Assembly: GCA_029006935.1 (NCBI GenBank)
Contig: JAQXGX010000111.1
Span: 6,178-70,177, forward strand
Source of the DNA: Eggerthellales bacterium
GTDB taxonomy: Bacteria > Actinomycetota > Coriobacteriia > Coriobacteriales > Eggerthellaceae
Length of the DNA stretch: 64,000 bases
Reading direction: 5' to 3'
The position numbers were made by a program, and so were the translations under genes. The notes below the pieces were generated by a model, which worked only from the letters and a program-made list of their open reading frames with translations, did no database searches and was not told where the DNA came from. This document shows, one piece after another, positions 27,933 to 36,580 of this stretch (the stretch's first letter is position 1; the number at the start of each line of letters is the position of its first letter).

Positions 27933-28421
27933 TTATTCGCCCTTAAGCATAGCGGCCAGCTTCTTGGAAGGCACATAGACCTTCTTCATCTCGCGGCCCT
28001 CAATGCGCACGCCCATGGAGCGGGCAGTGCCAGCGATGATGTTCTTTGCTGCCTCAACGTCATAGGCGTTGAGGTCAGGAAGCTTGGTCTCGGCGATTTC
28101 GCCCAGCTGCTCCTCGGTCAGAGTGCCGACGAACTGCAGCTGCGGAATGCCGGAGCCGCTCTTGATGCCCAGCTTTTCCTTGATCAGAACAGCCGCCGGA
28201 GGAGTCTTGCACACAAAGGTGAAGGACTTGTCCTCGTAGACGGTAATCTCAACAGGGATGATGGTGCCAGACTGCTCCTGGGTCTGAGCATTGAATGCCT
28301 GGCAGAACTGCATGATGTTCACACCCTGCGCACCCAGCGCGGGGCCAACCGGAGGAGCAGGATTTGCTGCACCGGCCGGAATCTGCAACTTGATGAAACC
28401 CGTTGCCTTCTTTTCAGCCAT
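27933..28421 (-). CDS. rplK: 50S ribosomal protein L11 (about 20-aa C-terminal extension)
   Basis: [35 protein letters not shown]. The protein continues past the usual ...GTARSMG end with [25 protein letters not shown]. Confidence 0.95.
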   Translation of the reverse strand: MAEKKATGFIKLQIPAGAANPAPPVGPALGAQGVNIMQFCQAFNAQTQEQSGTIIPVEITVYEDKSFTFVCKTPPAAVLIKEKLGIKSGSGIPQLQFVGTLTEEQLGEIAETKLPDLNAYDVEAAKNIIAGTARSMGVRIEGREMKKVYVPSKKLAAMLKGE

Positions 28422-28552
28422 AACTCTTAACTACCTTTCAGCGATGCGGCAGGCCAAGCCTGCCAACAGCCTTCCATCTATCAACACAGCCTGATTTCGT
28501 GAGAAGCCCCGGTCCACGCGGGCACAAGCCACCAGGCGTATGTCCAAAGAGA

Positions 28553-29083
28553 TTAAATGGTGGAAACCTGGTCGAACGCAAGCTCGACCGGAGTTTCGCG
28601 ACCGAAGATCGAAACCAGCACCTTGACCTTGCCTGCGTCAGGAGAAACCTCGGCCACCACACCGTCGAAGTCGGAAAGGGGACCGGAGATGACCTTGACA
28701 GACTGACCCACCTCGATAGCGGTGGAGGTCTTCTTGGGAACCTCGCGGTCGGAACGCTTCATGATCTTGTTGTACTCTTCTCGCGTAAGAGGAGAAGGGT
28801 TTCCCTGCACGCCCACGAAGCCGGTAACACCGGGGGTGTTGCGTACGGCGGCCCAACTACGATCATCAAGTTCCATGCGAACAAGCACGTATCCGGGGAA
28901 CACCTTGTGCTCCACTTCCTTGCGCTTGCCGCCTTCCTTGATTTCGGTAACCGTTTCCGTAGGAATCTCGATCTTGAACACGTTGTTCTCAAGACCCATG
29001 GTTTCGATCCGAGTCAGAAGATTATCCCGCACCTTATTCTCGTAGCCAGAATAGGTGTGGAGCACATACCATTTCTTCGCCAT
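28553..29083 (-). CDS. nusG: transcription termination/antitermination factor NusG
   Basis: MAKKWYVLHTYSGYENKV... NGN domain plus C-terminal KOW domain. Confidence 0.95.
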   Translation of the reverse strand: MAKKWYVLHTYSGYENKVRDNLLTRIETMGLENNVFKIEIPTETVTEIKEGGKRKEVEHKVFPGYVLVRMELDDRSWAAVRNTPGVTGFVGVQGNPSPLTREEYNKIMKRSDREVPKKTSTAIEVGQSVKVISGPLSDFDGVVAEVSPDAGKVKVLVSIFGRETPVELAFDQVSTI

Positions 29084-29085
29084 GC

Positions 29086-29457
29086 CTATGCCCCCAGTCC
29101 GGAGAACGCAACCAGCAGCGGAGTGATGATCGCATTGTCAAGAAGGGCGACATACAGGCCGAAGAACAGAAGGGCGCATACCACGACCCCGCTCCAACGC
29201 AAAACATCCTGGCGGGTCGGCCAGGTGACTCGCTTCATTTCGCTGCGAACCTCGCGAATGAACTTAAAACGCTTCTTCTTGGGCTTTTCTTCCTTCTTGG
29301 AAGAGGTCTTAGCTTCAGCCTGCTTGACAGGCTTTGCGCTAGCAGCATCATCAGAACCTGCAAGCGAACCGTTTTCGACTTCTTCAACGGCGACGAGCTT
29401 CTTTGCCGCACGCTTTTCGGATGCCTTAGCTCGCTGAGTCTTTGATTTCTTTGCCAT
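29086..29457 (-). CDS. secE: preprotein translocase subunit SecE
   Basis: Lys-rich head, then ...FIREVRSEMKRVTWPTRQDV... and a TM helix. Position before nusG. Confidence 0.9.
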   Translation of the reverse strand: MAKKSKTQRAKASEKRAAKKLVAVEEVENGSLAGSDDAASAKPVKQAEAKTSSKKEEKPKKKRFKFIREVRSEMKRVTWPTRQDVLRWSGVVVCALLFFGLYVALLDNAIITPLLVAFSGLGA

Positions 29458-29546
29458 CTGGATCCTTCAACTAACCGGTATGGTCAAAAAATGATATGTA
29501 TCTATACACCAAACAAGCAGCCAACAGGCTGCTCGTACAAACAAGC

Positions 29547-29623
29547 TGGCAGGCCAGGAGGGACTCGAACCCCCAACATGCGGTTTTGGAGACCGCCGCT
29601 CTACCAATTGGAGCTACTGGCCT
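29547..29623 (-). tRNA. tRNA-Trp (CCA), CCA end encoded
   Basis: Minus strand AGGCCAGTAGCTCCAATTGGTAGAGCGGCGGTCTCCAAAACCGCATGTTGGGGGTTCGAGTCCCTCCTGGCCTGCCA. The anticodon loop CTCCAAA gives CCA. Confidence 0.95.
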
Positions 29624-29648
29624 GTACTGTTCCTACCTCTGAAAACCC

Positions 29649-29798
29649 CTATCGAGTTTCCTTGTGTACCGTGTGGCGGTTGCACCACTTGCAGTACTTC
29701 CTCAACTCGATACGGTCAGGGTTGTTCTGCTTGTTCTTCTTGGTCGTGTAATTGCGGCGCTTGCACTCAGTGCAGGCCATAGTGACCAATGTACGCAT
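29649..29798 (-). CDS. rpmG: 50S ribosomal protein L33 (Zn-ribbon form)
   Basis: 49-aa ORF below the track threshold: [59 protein letters not shown]. Confidence 0.9.
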   Translation of the reverse strand: MRTLVTMACTECKRRNYTTKKNKQNNPDRIELRKYCKWCNRHTVHKETR

Positions 29799-29852
29799 GA
29801 ATACTCCTTTTACCGTAATCCTATGAGCTTGGGCTACACATGAATTCGGTAT

Positions 29853-29886
29853 GTGTGCGGGGGCTGTATCTCAAGCCCCCGCACAC
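29853..29886 (-). terminator. strong hairpin after tuf (no U-tract)
   Basis: 12-bp stem GTGTGCGGGGGC/GCCCCCGCACAC located 21 nt after the tuf stop. Lack of a U-run makes terminator function uncertain. Confidence 0.4.
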
Positions 29887-29906
29887 GATAATCTCAAGAA
29901 ATCAGA

Positions 29907-31103
29907 TTACTTGAGGATGGTGGTAACGCGACCGGAACCAACGGTGCGGCCACCCTCGCGAATAGCGAACTTCAGACCCTCTTCCATAGCGATCGGGTGG
30001 ATCAGCTCACCACGCAGCTCGACGTTGTCGCCAGGCATGACCATCTCGGTGCCCTCGGGCAGATGGGCAACACCGGTAACGTCGGTGGTGCGGAAGTAGA
30101 ACTGCGGACGATAGCCATCGAAGAACGGGGTGTGACGGCCGCCCTCTTCCTTGGTCAGAATGTAGACCTGACCCAGGAACTCAGTGTGCGGGGTCACGGA
30201 ACCCGGCTTGCACAGAACCTGACCGCGGATGATCTCATCACGCTTCACGCCACGGAGCAGACAGCCGATGTTGTCACCAGCCTGAGCCTCGTCCAGCAGC
30301 TTGCGGAACATCTCGATGCCAGTGCAGACGGTGCTAGAGGTCTCCTTGATGCCAACGATCTCGATCGGGTCGTTCATATGCAGAACGCCGCGCTCAACAC
30401 GACCGGTAGCAACAGTGCCACGACCGGTAATGGTCATGGTGTCCTCAACAGCCATCAGGAAGGGCTTGTCAACGTCGCGCTCGGGAGTGGGGATGAAGGA
30501 GTCAACGGTGTCCATGAGCTCCCAAATCTTCTCCTGCCACTCTGCGTCGCCCTCCAGAGCCTTCAGAGCGGAGCCACGAATAATCGGGCAATCCTCGAAC
30601 CCATAGGACTCCAGCAGCTCGGTGACTTCCATTTCGACGAGCTCGATGAGCTCCTCGTCGTCGACCATATCGCACTTGTTCAGGAACACGACGATGTAGG
30701 GAACGCCGACCTGACGAGCCAGCAGGATGTGCTCACGAGTCTGAGCCATCGGGCCGTCGGTAGCGGCGATAACCAGGATTGCGCCGTCCATCTGAGCAGC
30801 GCCGGTGATCATGTTCTTGACATAGTCAGCATGACCAGGGCAGTCAACATGAGCATAGTGACGAGTGTCAGTCTGATACTCGATGTGAGCAATAGAAATG
30901 GTGATGCCGCGCTCGCGCTCTTCGGGAGCCTTGTCGATCTGATCGAAGGCGGTGAAGTCTGCGGTAGCGGTACCATGAGACCCATCGTTCATGGACAGGG
31001 TCTTGGAGATAGCTGCGGTCAGCGTGGTCTTGCCGTGGTCAACGTGGCCGATGGTGCCAATGTTGACATGAGCCTTACCGCGCTCGAACTTTTCCTTTGC
31101 CAT
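29907..31103 (-). CDS. tuf: elongation factor Tu
   Basis: [32 protein letters not shown]... Start ATG 31103 with AAGGAGGAG RBS; the track ORF extends spuriously to 31223. Confidence 0.98.
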   Translation of the reverse strand: MAKEKFERGKAHVNIGTIGHVDHGKTTLTAAISKTLSMNDGSHGTATADFTAFDQIDKAPEERERGITISIAHIEYQTDTRHYAHVDCPGHADYVKNMITGAAQMDGAILVIAATDGPMAQTREHILLARQVGVPYIVVFLNKCDMVDDEELIELVEMEVTELLESYGFEDCPIIRGSALKALEGDAEWQEKIWELMDTVDSFIPTPERDVDKPFLMAVEDTMTITGRGTVATGRVERGVLHMNDPIEIVGIKETSSTVCTGIEMFRKLLDEAQAGDNIGCLLRGVKRDEIIRGQVLCKPGSVTPHTEFLGQVYILTKEEGGRHTPFFDGYRPQFYFRTTDVTGVAHLPEGTEMVMPGDNVELRGELIHPIAMEEGLKFAIREGGRTVGSGRVTTILK

Positions 31104-31187
31104 GTTTCTCCTCCTTAAAGAGTTTCCGCTGTTGGCGAAAGAATTAAACATAACGACGCGCCCCGTGGGGCGCGATAAAATCATAGA

Positions 31188-31264
31188 TGGTAGCGGTGAC
31201 TGGATTCGAACCAGTGACGCCACGGGTATGAACCGTGTGCTCTAACCAACTGAGCTACACCGCC
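31188..31264 (-). tRNA. tRNA with CAT anticodon (elongator Met type; Ile-lysidine not excluded)
   Basis: GGCGGTGTAGCTCAGTTGGTTAGAGCACACGGTTCATACCCGTGGCGTCACTGGTTCGAATCCAGTCACCGCTACCA. It has no initiator features. Confidence 0.9.
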
Positions 31265-31271
31265 ATTCAGA

Positions 31272-31347
<76 letters not shown>

Positions 31348-31351
31348 AAGA

Positions 31352-31437
31352 TGGTGGGCGCGCTAGGATTCGAACCTAGGTAAGCATAGCTAACGGGTTT
31401 ACAGCCCGTCCCCTTTAACCACTCGGGCACACGCCCC
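31352..31437 (-). tRNA. tRNA-Tyr (GTA), long variable arm
   Basis: GGGGCGTGTGCCCGAGTGGTTAAAGGGGACGGGCTGTAAACCCGTTAGCTATGCTTACCTAGGTTCGAATCCTAGCGCGCCCACCA. Confidence 0.95.
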
Positions 31438-31510
31438 TGTTCGTCGCTCAATTCATGTGTATTTATCAAGCTGCGTGCTCACTTCGCTTTCGGCGTTGCG
31501 AGCGAAAAAT

Positions 31511-31539
31511 ATAATACGAAGAGTCTTCGCCCATGTCAA
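31511..31539 (-). promoter_or_regulatory. strong promoter TTGACA-N17-TATTAT for the tRNA-Tyr/Thr/Met-tuf unit
   Basis: Minus strand reads AATTGTTGACATGGGCGAAGACTCTTCGTATTAT, with AT-rich sequence upstream, about 70 nt before tRNA-Tyr. Confidence 0.7.
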
Positions 31540-31713
31540 CAATTATTTGGAAAATCTTTCCTGAGCCATGGGTCCGCCCTGATCCAAGGGCTCGGCTCTT
31601 CGCCCGTACCATTATATACAGAAGCTTGGATCCAGCACGCATCTTGCGCATTGTCATTGACTTCCTGAGCTTATGTTCATTTCGCGCACCTTCTCCGCCC
31701 CCTGCTTCTCCCG

Positions 31714-31722
31714 TGCTAGGAT
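31714..31722 (+). promoter_or_regulatory. candidate extended -10 (TGC-TAGGAT) for the first NlpC/P60 gene
   Basis: CCGTGCTAGGAT about 45 nt before ATG 31768. Confidence 0.4.
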
Positions 31723-31767
31723 GGATTCGTATGCACTGTAATCGCACCACCTTCTAGGAGACGTACT

Positions 31768-32940
31768 ATGTCACGTTCTATCCGTATTACCTCGGCGGCA
31801 TTAGCCTTTGCCATGGCGCTGATCCTTTGTGCTGCCATGGCTCCTTCCATCGCCTTCGCCACTCCATCCCAGGAAAAGCAGGCTGAAGCCGACGCTGCAA
31901 AAGCAAAGGTAGAGAAGCTTCAGGAAAAGCTCGACGAGGCCGAAGCTGAGTACGGCGAAGCCCAGATGGCCCAGCAAGCTGCCCAGGAAAAGGTGGACAA
32001 GGCGCAGGCTGAGGTCGATAAGGCCCAGGCCAAGATCGACAAAGCTCAGAAGCGTATCGATGCCGCCAAGGAGCGCATTGCCCAAATCGAAGGGGAAATT
32101 GCGCAGCTTCAGGAAAAAATCGGGGAACGCGCCCGCAGCATGTACCGTTCCGGCAGCGCCACCATCCTTGACGTGATTCTGAACTCTACCTCCTTCGCCG
32201 AGTTCGCAACCAACTGGGACGCCCTGACCCAGCTCAACCAAAGCGACGCCCTCATGGTCTCCAAGTGCAAGGATCTGAAGGTCGAACAGCAGCAGAAGCA
32301 GCAGGAGCTGGAAGAGCAGAAGAAGGTGCTTCAGGACGAGAAGGCCGTGCTGGTAGAGCAGAAGGAAATCCTGCAGGAGCAGGAGCAGGAGGCTGCCGCC
32401 AAGGCTGCCGCCGCCAAGGCCATCGCAGACCAGGCCCAGTCCACCCTAAGCGATATGGAAGCCACGTACAAGCGCCTGAGCAAGGAAGCAGCCAAGCTGC
32501 TGAAGGAAGAGCAGGAAGCTGAGCGCAGGGCAGCTGAGGAGGCTGCACGCCAGGCTGCCGCCGCTGCCGGCGGATCCGCCTCCTCTTCCAACGACGGAGG
32601 CTATGAGGTGGCAACCGGAAACACCGTGGTAGACCGCGCCTACTCCCAGATTGGCAAGTGGTATTCCTGGGGCGCCGTTGGTCCCACCACCTTCGACTGC
32701 TCCGGTCTGGTGGGCTACTGCCTGACCGGTCGCTATTCCCGCATTGGCACCACCTGGACCTTCATGGGCTGGGAGCGTACCTCCAATCCCCAGCCCGGCG
32801 ACATCTGCACCAATACCCACCACTGCGGCATCTACATCGGTGGGGGCAAGTACATCAACGCCCCTCACACCGGCGCTCAGGTGCGCGTGGATAACGTTCC
32901 CAGCTCCATGATCTACGTGAAGGCGCCTTCCTCCTTGTAA
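31768..32940 (+). CDS. secreted coiled-coil NlpC/P60 peptidoglycan endopeptidase (paralogue 1)
   Basis: Signal peptide ...APSIAFA, then a long A/E/K/Q coiled coil. C-terminal NlpC/P60 domain (TFDCSGLVGYCL...GDICTNTHHCGIYIGGGKYINAPHTG). Confidence 0.9.
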   Translation: MSRSIRITSAALAFAMALILCAAMAPSIAFATPSQEKQAEADAAKAKVEKLQEKLDEAEAEYGEAQMAQQAAQEKVDKAQAEVDKAQAKIDKAQKRIDAAKERIAQIEGEIAQLQEKIGERARSMYRSGSATILDVILNSTSFAEFATNWDALTQLNQSDALMVSKCKDLKVEQQQKQQELEEQKKVLQDEKAVLVEQKEILQEQEQEAAAKAAAAKAIADQAQSTLSDMEATYKRLSKEAAKLLKEEQEAERRAAEEAARQAAAAAGGSASSSNDGGYEVATGNTVVDRAYSQIGKWYSWGAVGPTTFDCSGLVGYCLTGRYSRIGTTWTFMGWERTSNPQPGDICTNTHHCGIYIGGGKYINAPHTGAQVRVDNVPSSMIYVKAPSSL

Positions 32941-32953
32941 GGCAAGCTGACTT

Positions 32954-32981
32954 AGGGGCCCTTCGGGGCCCCTTTCTTTTG
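32954..32981 (+). terminator. intrinsic terminator after NlpC/P60 paralogue 1
   Basis: AGGGGCCC-TTCG-GGGCCCCT followed by TTCTTTT. Confidence 0.8.
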
Positions 32982-33098
32982 CCAGAAGCAAACCATGGTT
33001 CGACAGGACGAAGCCCCAGGCTGGCGGGGATTTTGGGAGCGGCATCTCTTTCATGCTATTATTAATATATCTGTACCAATGCCCCAAGGAGGTTTCCC

Positions 33099-34199
33099 AT
33101 GCGGAATTCCCACCGCACGAAACAAGTCTGCAAGGCAGCGGGCTGCATCTTGCTTTCCGCTTCCCTGATGTGTCTGGTTCCCGCAACCGGCTTTGCCACA
33201 CCGGCGTCAGAAAAGCGAGCCGAAGCTCAGGCCGCCTACGAGTCCCTTACCGCCATGCAGGTCGAGCTGGACAAGGCCTCCAACGTTCTGATTGACGCCA
33301 CCGCCGCCAAGAAGGCGGCCCAGAAGAAGGTAAAGGACGCTCAGAAGAAGATCGACGTTGCCCAGGATAAGATCGATGAGCTCCAGACCCATCTGGGCTC
33401 CCGGGCACGCACCATGTATCGGTCCGGCAACTCCTCTATTCTGGACGTCCTGTTCAGCAGCACCACTTTCCAGGAGTTCGCCACCCTGTGGGACCTTCTG
33501 GATCAGCTGAACCAGAAGGACGCCGCCCTGGTCCAGGAAACCAAGGACCTGAAGGCCGAGGTAGTGGAGCAGAAGAAGATCCTGGAGGAACAGGAAGCCG
33601 AAGCGGAAAAGCAGGAGCAGAAGGCAAGACAAGCCAAGGAAGAAGCCGCTCAGACCGTCGAGCAGATGACCAGCACCTACAATGCCCTGGATGCCGAGGC
33701 GAAGAGGCTGCTCAAGGAAGAGCAGGAAGCCCAGTCCCGCGCCGATGCCGAGGCGGCTCGTCGCGCCATCGAGCAGGCCCAGCAGAACAGCCAGGACGAT
33801 GATTCCGCTTCTGACGGCTCCGCCCAAGATGAGAACACCCAGCAGGGCGAATCCAATGAGAGCTCCGAGCCCTCCGGCGGCGGCAATCAGTCTGCCGTCG
33901 ATCGCGCCTATTCCATGCTGGGCAGGCCCTACCAGTACGGTGCCGGCGGAACCAGCACCTTCGACTGCTCCGGCCTGGTTGGCTACTGCATTACCGGAAG
34001 CACCGGCCATGCCCTGGGATCCACCGGCACCATGATGGGATTCCAGCGCGTTACCAATCCCCAACCCGGAGACATCTGCGTAAACGATCACCACTGCGGC
34101 ATCTACATTGGCGGCGGACAGATGATTCATGCCCCGCAAACCGGAGACGTGGTCTCCATCAGCGGCGTGCACGGAGACATGATCTACGTTCGCCCCTAG
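33099..34199 (+). CDS. secreted coiled-coil NlpC/P60 peptidoglycan endopeptidase (paralogue 2)
   Basis: Same architecture as paralogue 1. Shared block RAR.MYRSG...ILDV...S..F.EFA..WD.L.QLNQ.DA. C-terminal TFDCSGLVGYCI...GDICVNDHHCGIYIGGGQMIHAPQTG. AAGGAGG RBS. Confidence 0.9.
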   Translation: MRNSHRTKQVCKAAGCILLSASLMCLVPATGFATPASEKRAEAQAAYESLTAMQVELDKASNVLIDATAAKKAAQKKVKDAQKKIDVAQDKIDELQTHLGSRARTMYRSGNSSILDVLFSSTTFQEFATLWDLLDQLNQKDAALVQETKDLKAEVVEQKKILEEQEAEAEKQEQKARQAKEEAAQTVEQMTSTYNALDAEAKRLLKEEQEAQSRADAEAARRAIEQAQQNSQDDDSASDGSAQDENTQQGESNESSEPSGGGNQSAVDRAYSMLGRPYQYGAGGTSTFDCSGLVGYCITGSTGHALGSTGTMMGFQRVTNPQPGDICVNDHHCGIYIGGGQMIHAPQTGDVVSISGVHGDMIYVRP

Positions 34200-34230
34200 C
34201 TTTTCCTCCGCTTCGAAGAAAGGGATTCAC

Positions 34231-35520
34231 ATGCGTGACCTTACTACCCTGGCCCCTGACGACCTGCGCTCGCTCAAGAGCCAGCTGGAGCAGGAGTACG
34301 CCGCCTTCAAGGCAAAGGGGCTGTCCCTTAACATGGCCCGCGGCAAGCCTTCCTCAGAGCAGCTTGACCTGAGCATGCCTTTGCTGGACGTGCTCAACTC
34401 CTCCTCCGACCTGACCACCGAGGACGGCATCGACTGCCGAAACTACGGCGTATCCGACGGTATCCCCGAGGCGAAGCGGCTTATGGCCGCCATGCTGGAC
34501 GACGACCCCGAGAACGTGATCGTGATGGGCTCCTCCAGCCTTAACGTGATGTACGACGCCATGGCCCGCTGCCTGGACTTCGGCACCCTGGGATCTAAGC
34601 CCTGGGCCCAGTACGACTCCATCAAATGGCTGTGCCCCTCCCCTGGCTATGACCGCCACTTCGGCATCTGCCAGGCTTTCGGCATCGAGATGATCCCCGT
34701 CACCATGACCGAGGACGGTCCCGACATGGACGAGGTCGAGCGCATGGTATCCCTGGACGACCGGGTGAAGGGCATCTGGTGCGTGCCGAAGTACTCCAAC
34801 CCTGGTGGCGTGACCTACTCCAAGGAGGTGGTGGAGCGTCTGGCTTCCATGGATACGGCGGCAAATGACTTCCGCATCTTCTGGGACAACGCCTACTGTG
34901 TCCATCACCTGTTCGACGAAGAGGAAAACCAGGACCAGCTCTTCGACATTGCCGAAGCCTGCGCCCAGGCGGGCAATCCCGATCGGTACTTCAAGTTCGC
35001 CTCCACGTCCAAGGTCACCTTCCCCGGCGCGGGCATCAGCGGCTTCGCGGCAAGCCCGGAAAACGTGGCCGAGGCAAAGAAGCTCATGAATCCCCAGATC
35101 ATCGGACATGACAAGATCAACCAGCTCCGCCACGTGCGCTTCCTGAAGGACGCCCAGGGCATTCGAGACCACATGGCCAAGCACGCTGCCATCCTGCGGC
35201 CCAAGTTCCAGACGGTGGCAGACAAGCTCCAGGATGGTCTGGGAGATGCAGGCATTGCATCCTGGAACAGCCCCCGGGGCGGCTACTTCGTTTCCTTCAA
35301 CGCCTTCCCGGGAACCGCAAAGCGCGTGGTAAGCCTTGCCAGGGAGGCAGGGGTGACCATGACCGGCGCGGGCGCCACCTGGCCTTACCAGGAAGACCCC
35401 CAGGACGCCAACATCCGCATTGCCCCGACCCTTCCTCCCCTGGATGAGCTTTCCCAGGCGCTCGACGTGTTCGTGTGCTGCGTGAAGCTTGCCGCGGTGG
35501 AAAGGCTCCTAGAGCAGTAG
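34231..35520 (+). CDS. PLP-dependent aminotransferase, class I/II fold (aspartate-aminotransferase-like)
   Basis: 429 aa; ...CPSPGYDRH...PKYSNPGG...WDNAY...FASTSKVTFPGAG (Lys in STSK)...R(I)AP. Substrate not determinable from sequence alone. Confidence 0.8.
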   Translation: MRDLTTLAPDDLRSLKSQLEQEYAAFKAKGLSLNMARGKPSSEQLDLSMPLLDVLNSSSDLTTEDGIDCRNYGVSDGIPEAKRLMAAMLDDDPENVIVMGSSSLNVMYDAMARCLDFGTLGSKPWAQYDSIKWLCPSPGYDRHFGICQAFGIEMIPVTMTEDGPDMDEVERMVSLDDRVKGIWCVPKYSNPGGVTYSKEVVERLASMDTAANDFRIFWDNAYCVHHLFDEEENQDQLFDIAEACAQAGNPDRYFKFASTSKVTFPGAGISGFAASPENVAEAKKLMNPQIIGHDKINQLRHVRFLKDAQGIRDHMAKHAAILRPKFQTVADKLQDGLGDAGIASWNSPRGGYFVSFNAFPGTAKRVVSLAREAGVTMTGAGATWPYQEDPQDANIRIAPTLPPLDELSQALDVFVCCVKLAAVERLLEQ

Positions 35521-35552
35521 CTACCCTTCCCTATCTGCATCTCGACTAAGCC

Positions 35553-35592
35553 AAAGGGGGCGAAGATCAACCAGGATCTTCGCCCCCTTTCT
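35553..35592. terminator. hairpin between the convergent aminotransferase and oxidoreductase genes
   Basis: 13-bp stem GGGGGCGAAGATC/GATCTTCGCCCCC, flanked by AAA and TTTCT. Confidence 0.6.
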
Positions 35593-35618
35593 AGTTCTAC
35601 GCGTATTCGGCTTACACG

Positions 35619-36566
35619 CTACAGGTTCTTGCTGCCCTCCACGCGGCCCTCAAGGTAGCGCCAGTAGGCGTCCACATCGTCCTTGAGCTCCTGGAGCAGC
35701 GCTTCGTTGCCCGGCTTCAGAAGATGCTTGAAGCGGCCCTGGGGACGCAGGAAGTCCTCCAGGGGACGCTGGTCCTTTTCCTTGACCGGAGTCAGCTTCC
35801 ACACCCCATCCTCGACTTCGAACAGCGGCCAGAATCGGGTGTTTACCGCAAGACGGCTGATTTCCAGGGTCTGATCCGAGGGAATGCGCCAGCCGCGGGG
35901 GCAGGGCGCGAGAACGTTCAGGAAGGCGGGACCCTCCACAGAGAACGCCTTTTCCGCCTTGGAGACCAGGTCCTTCCAGTGACCCACCGTAGACTGGCCC
36001 ACGTAGCGGACGCCATGGGCAGCAATGACGCTGGAAAGATCCTTGCGCACCTGAGGCTTGCCCTGCTGAGCGGCTCCCACCTCTGAGGTGGTCGCCCAAG
36101 CGCCCTTGGGGGTTGCAGAGGAGCGCTGGATTCCAGTGTTCATGTAGGCGCCGTTGTCATAGCACACATAGACCATGTCATGACCGCGTTCCATGGCACC
36201 GGAAAGGGACTGCATGCCAATGTCGTAGGTACCGCCGTCGCCACCGAAGGCGACGAACTTGACCTTCTTGTCCGCCGGGATCTTCCCCGCCGCCTGGAGG
36301 CCCTTGAACGCAGCCTCAACGCCGGAAATGGTTGCCGCCGCATTGGCGAAGGCGTTATGGACGAAGGGCACCTTCCAGGAGTTGTAGGGATAGATGGTGG
36401 TGGATACCTCCAGGCATCCCGTAGCGTTGGCTACCACGACCTGGGCATCTTCGGGAACACCCATGAGGACCTGACGAACGCAGATGGACGCACCGCAACC
36501 GCCGCACAGGCGATGTCCGGCAGCAAGGCACTCAGGACGCTGGGACAACTGCTTGATGTTTGCCAT
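35619..36566 (-). CDS. 2-oxoacid:ferredoxin oxidoreductase, beta (TPP-binding) subunit
   Basis: ...HRLCGGCGASI...FGGDGGTYDIGMQSLSGA...YDNGAYMNTG... pattern of PorB/VorB. Confidence 0.9.
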   Translation of the reverse strand: MANIKQLSQRPECLAAGHRLCGGCGASICVRQVLMGVPEDAQVVVANATGCLEVSTTIYPYNSWKVPFVHNAFANAAATISGVEAAFKGLQAAGKIPADKKVKFVAFGGDGGTYDIGMQSLSGAMERGHDMVYVCYDNGAYMNTGIQRSSATPKGAWATTSEVGAAQQGKPQVRKDLSSVIAAHGVRYVGQSTVGHWKDLVSKAEKAFSVEGPAFLNVLAPCPRGWRIPSDQTLEISRLAVNTRFWPLFEVEDGVWKLTPVKEKDQRPLEDFLRPQGRFKHLLKPGNEALLQELKDDVDAYWRYLEGRVEGSKNL

Positions 36567-36580
36567 GATTCCACTCCTTC

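Noticed and set aside
31188-31264. tRNA(CAT) as the initiator tRNA-fMet
   Set aside because: It lacks the three consecutive G:C pairs at the base of the anticodon stem, and the 1:72 position is a G-U wobble pair rather than the C-A mismatch of initiators.
31441-31767. Possible c-di-AMP (ydaO-type) riboswitch in the 327-nt region upstream of the NlpC/P60 gene
   Set aside because: I looked for the conserved GGGGUGAAUC and AGCUAACCUCGUAAGC blocks and found neither. The region is better explained by divergent promoters for the tRNA-tuf unit and the hydrolase gene.
32290-32560. Repetitive-looking Ala/Glu/Lys/Gln-coding DNA (also 33560-33800 and 56100-56310) as tandem repeats or arrays
   Set aside because: The periodicity is at the amino-acid composition level (coiled coil or low complexity). 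There are no exact DNA repeat units or spacer structure, so these are not CRISPR arrays or VNTRs.
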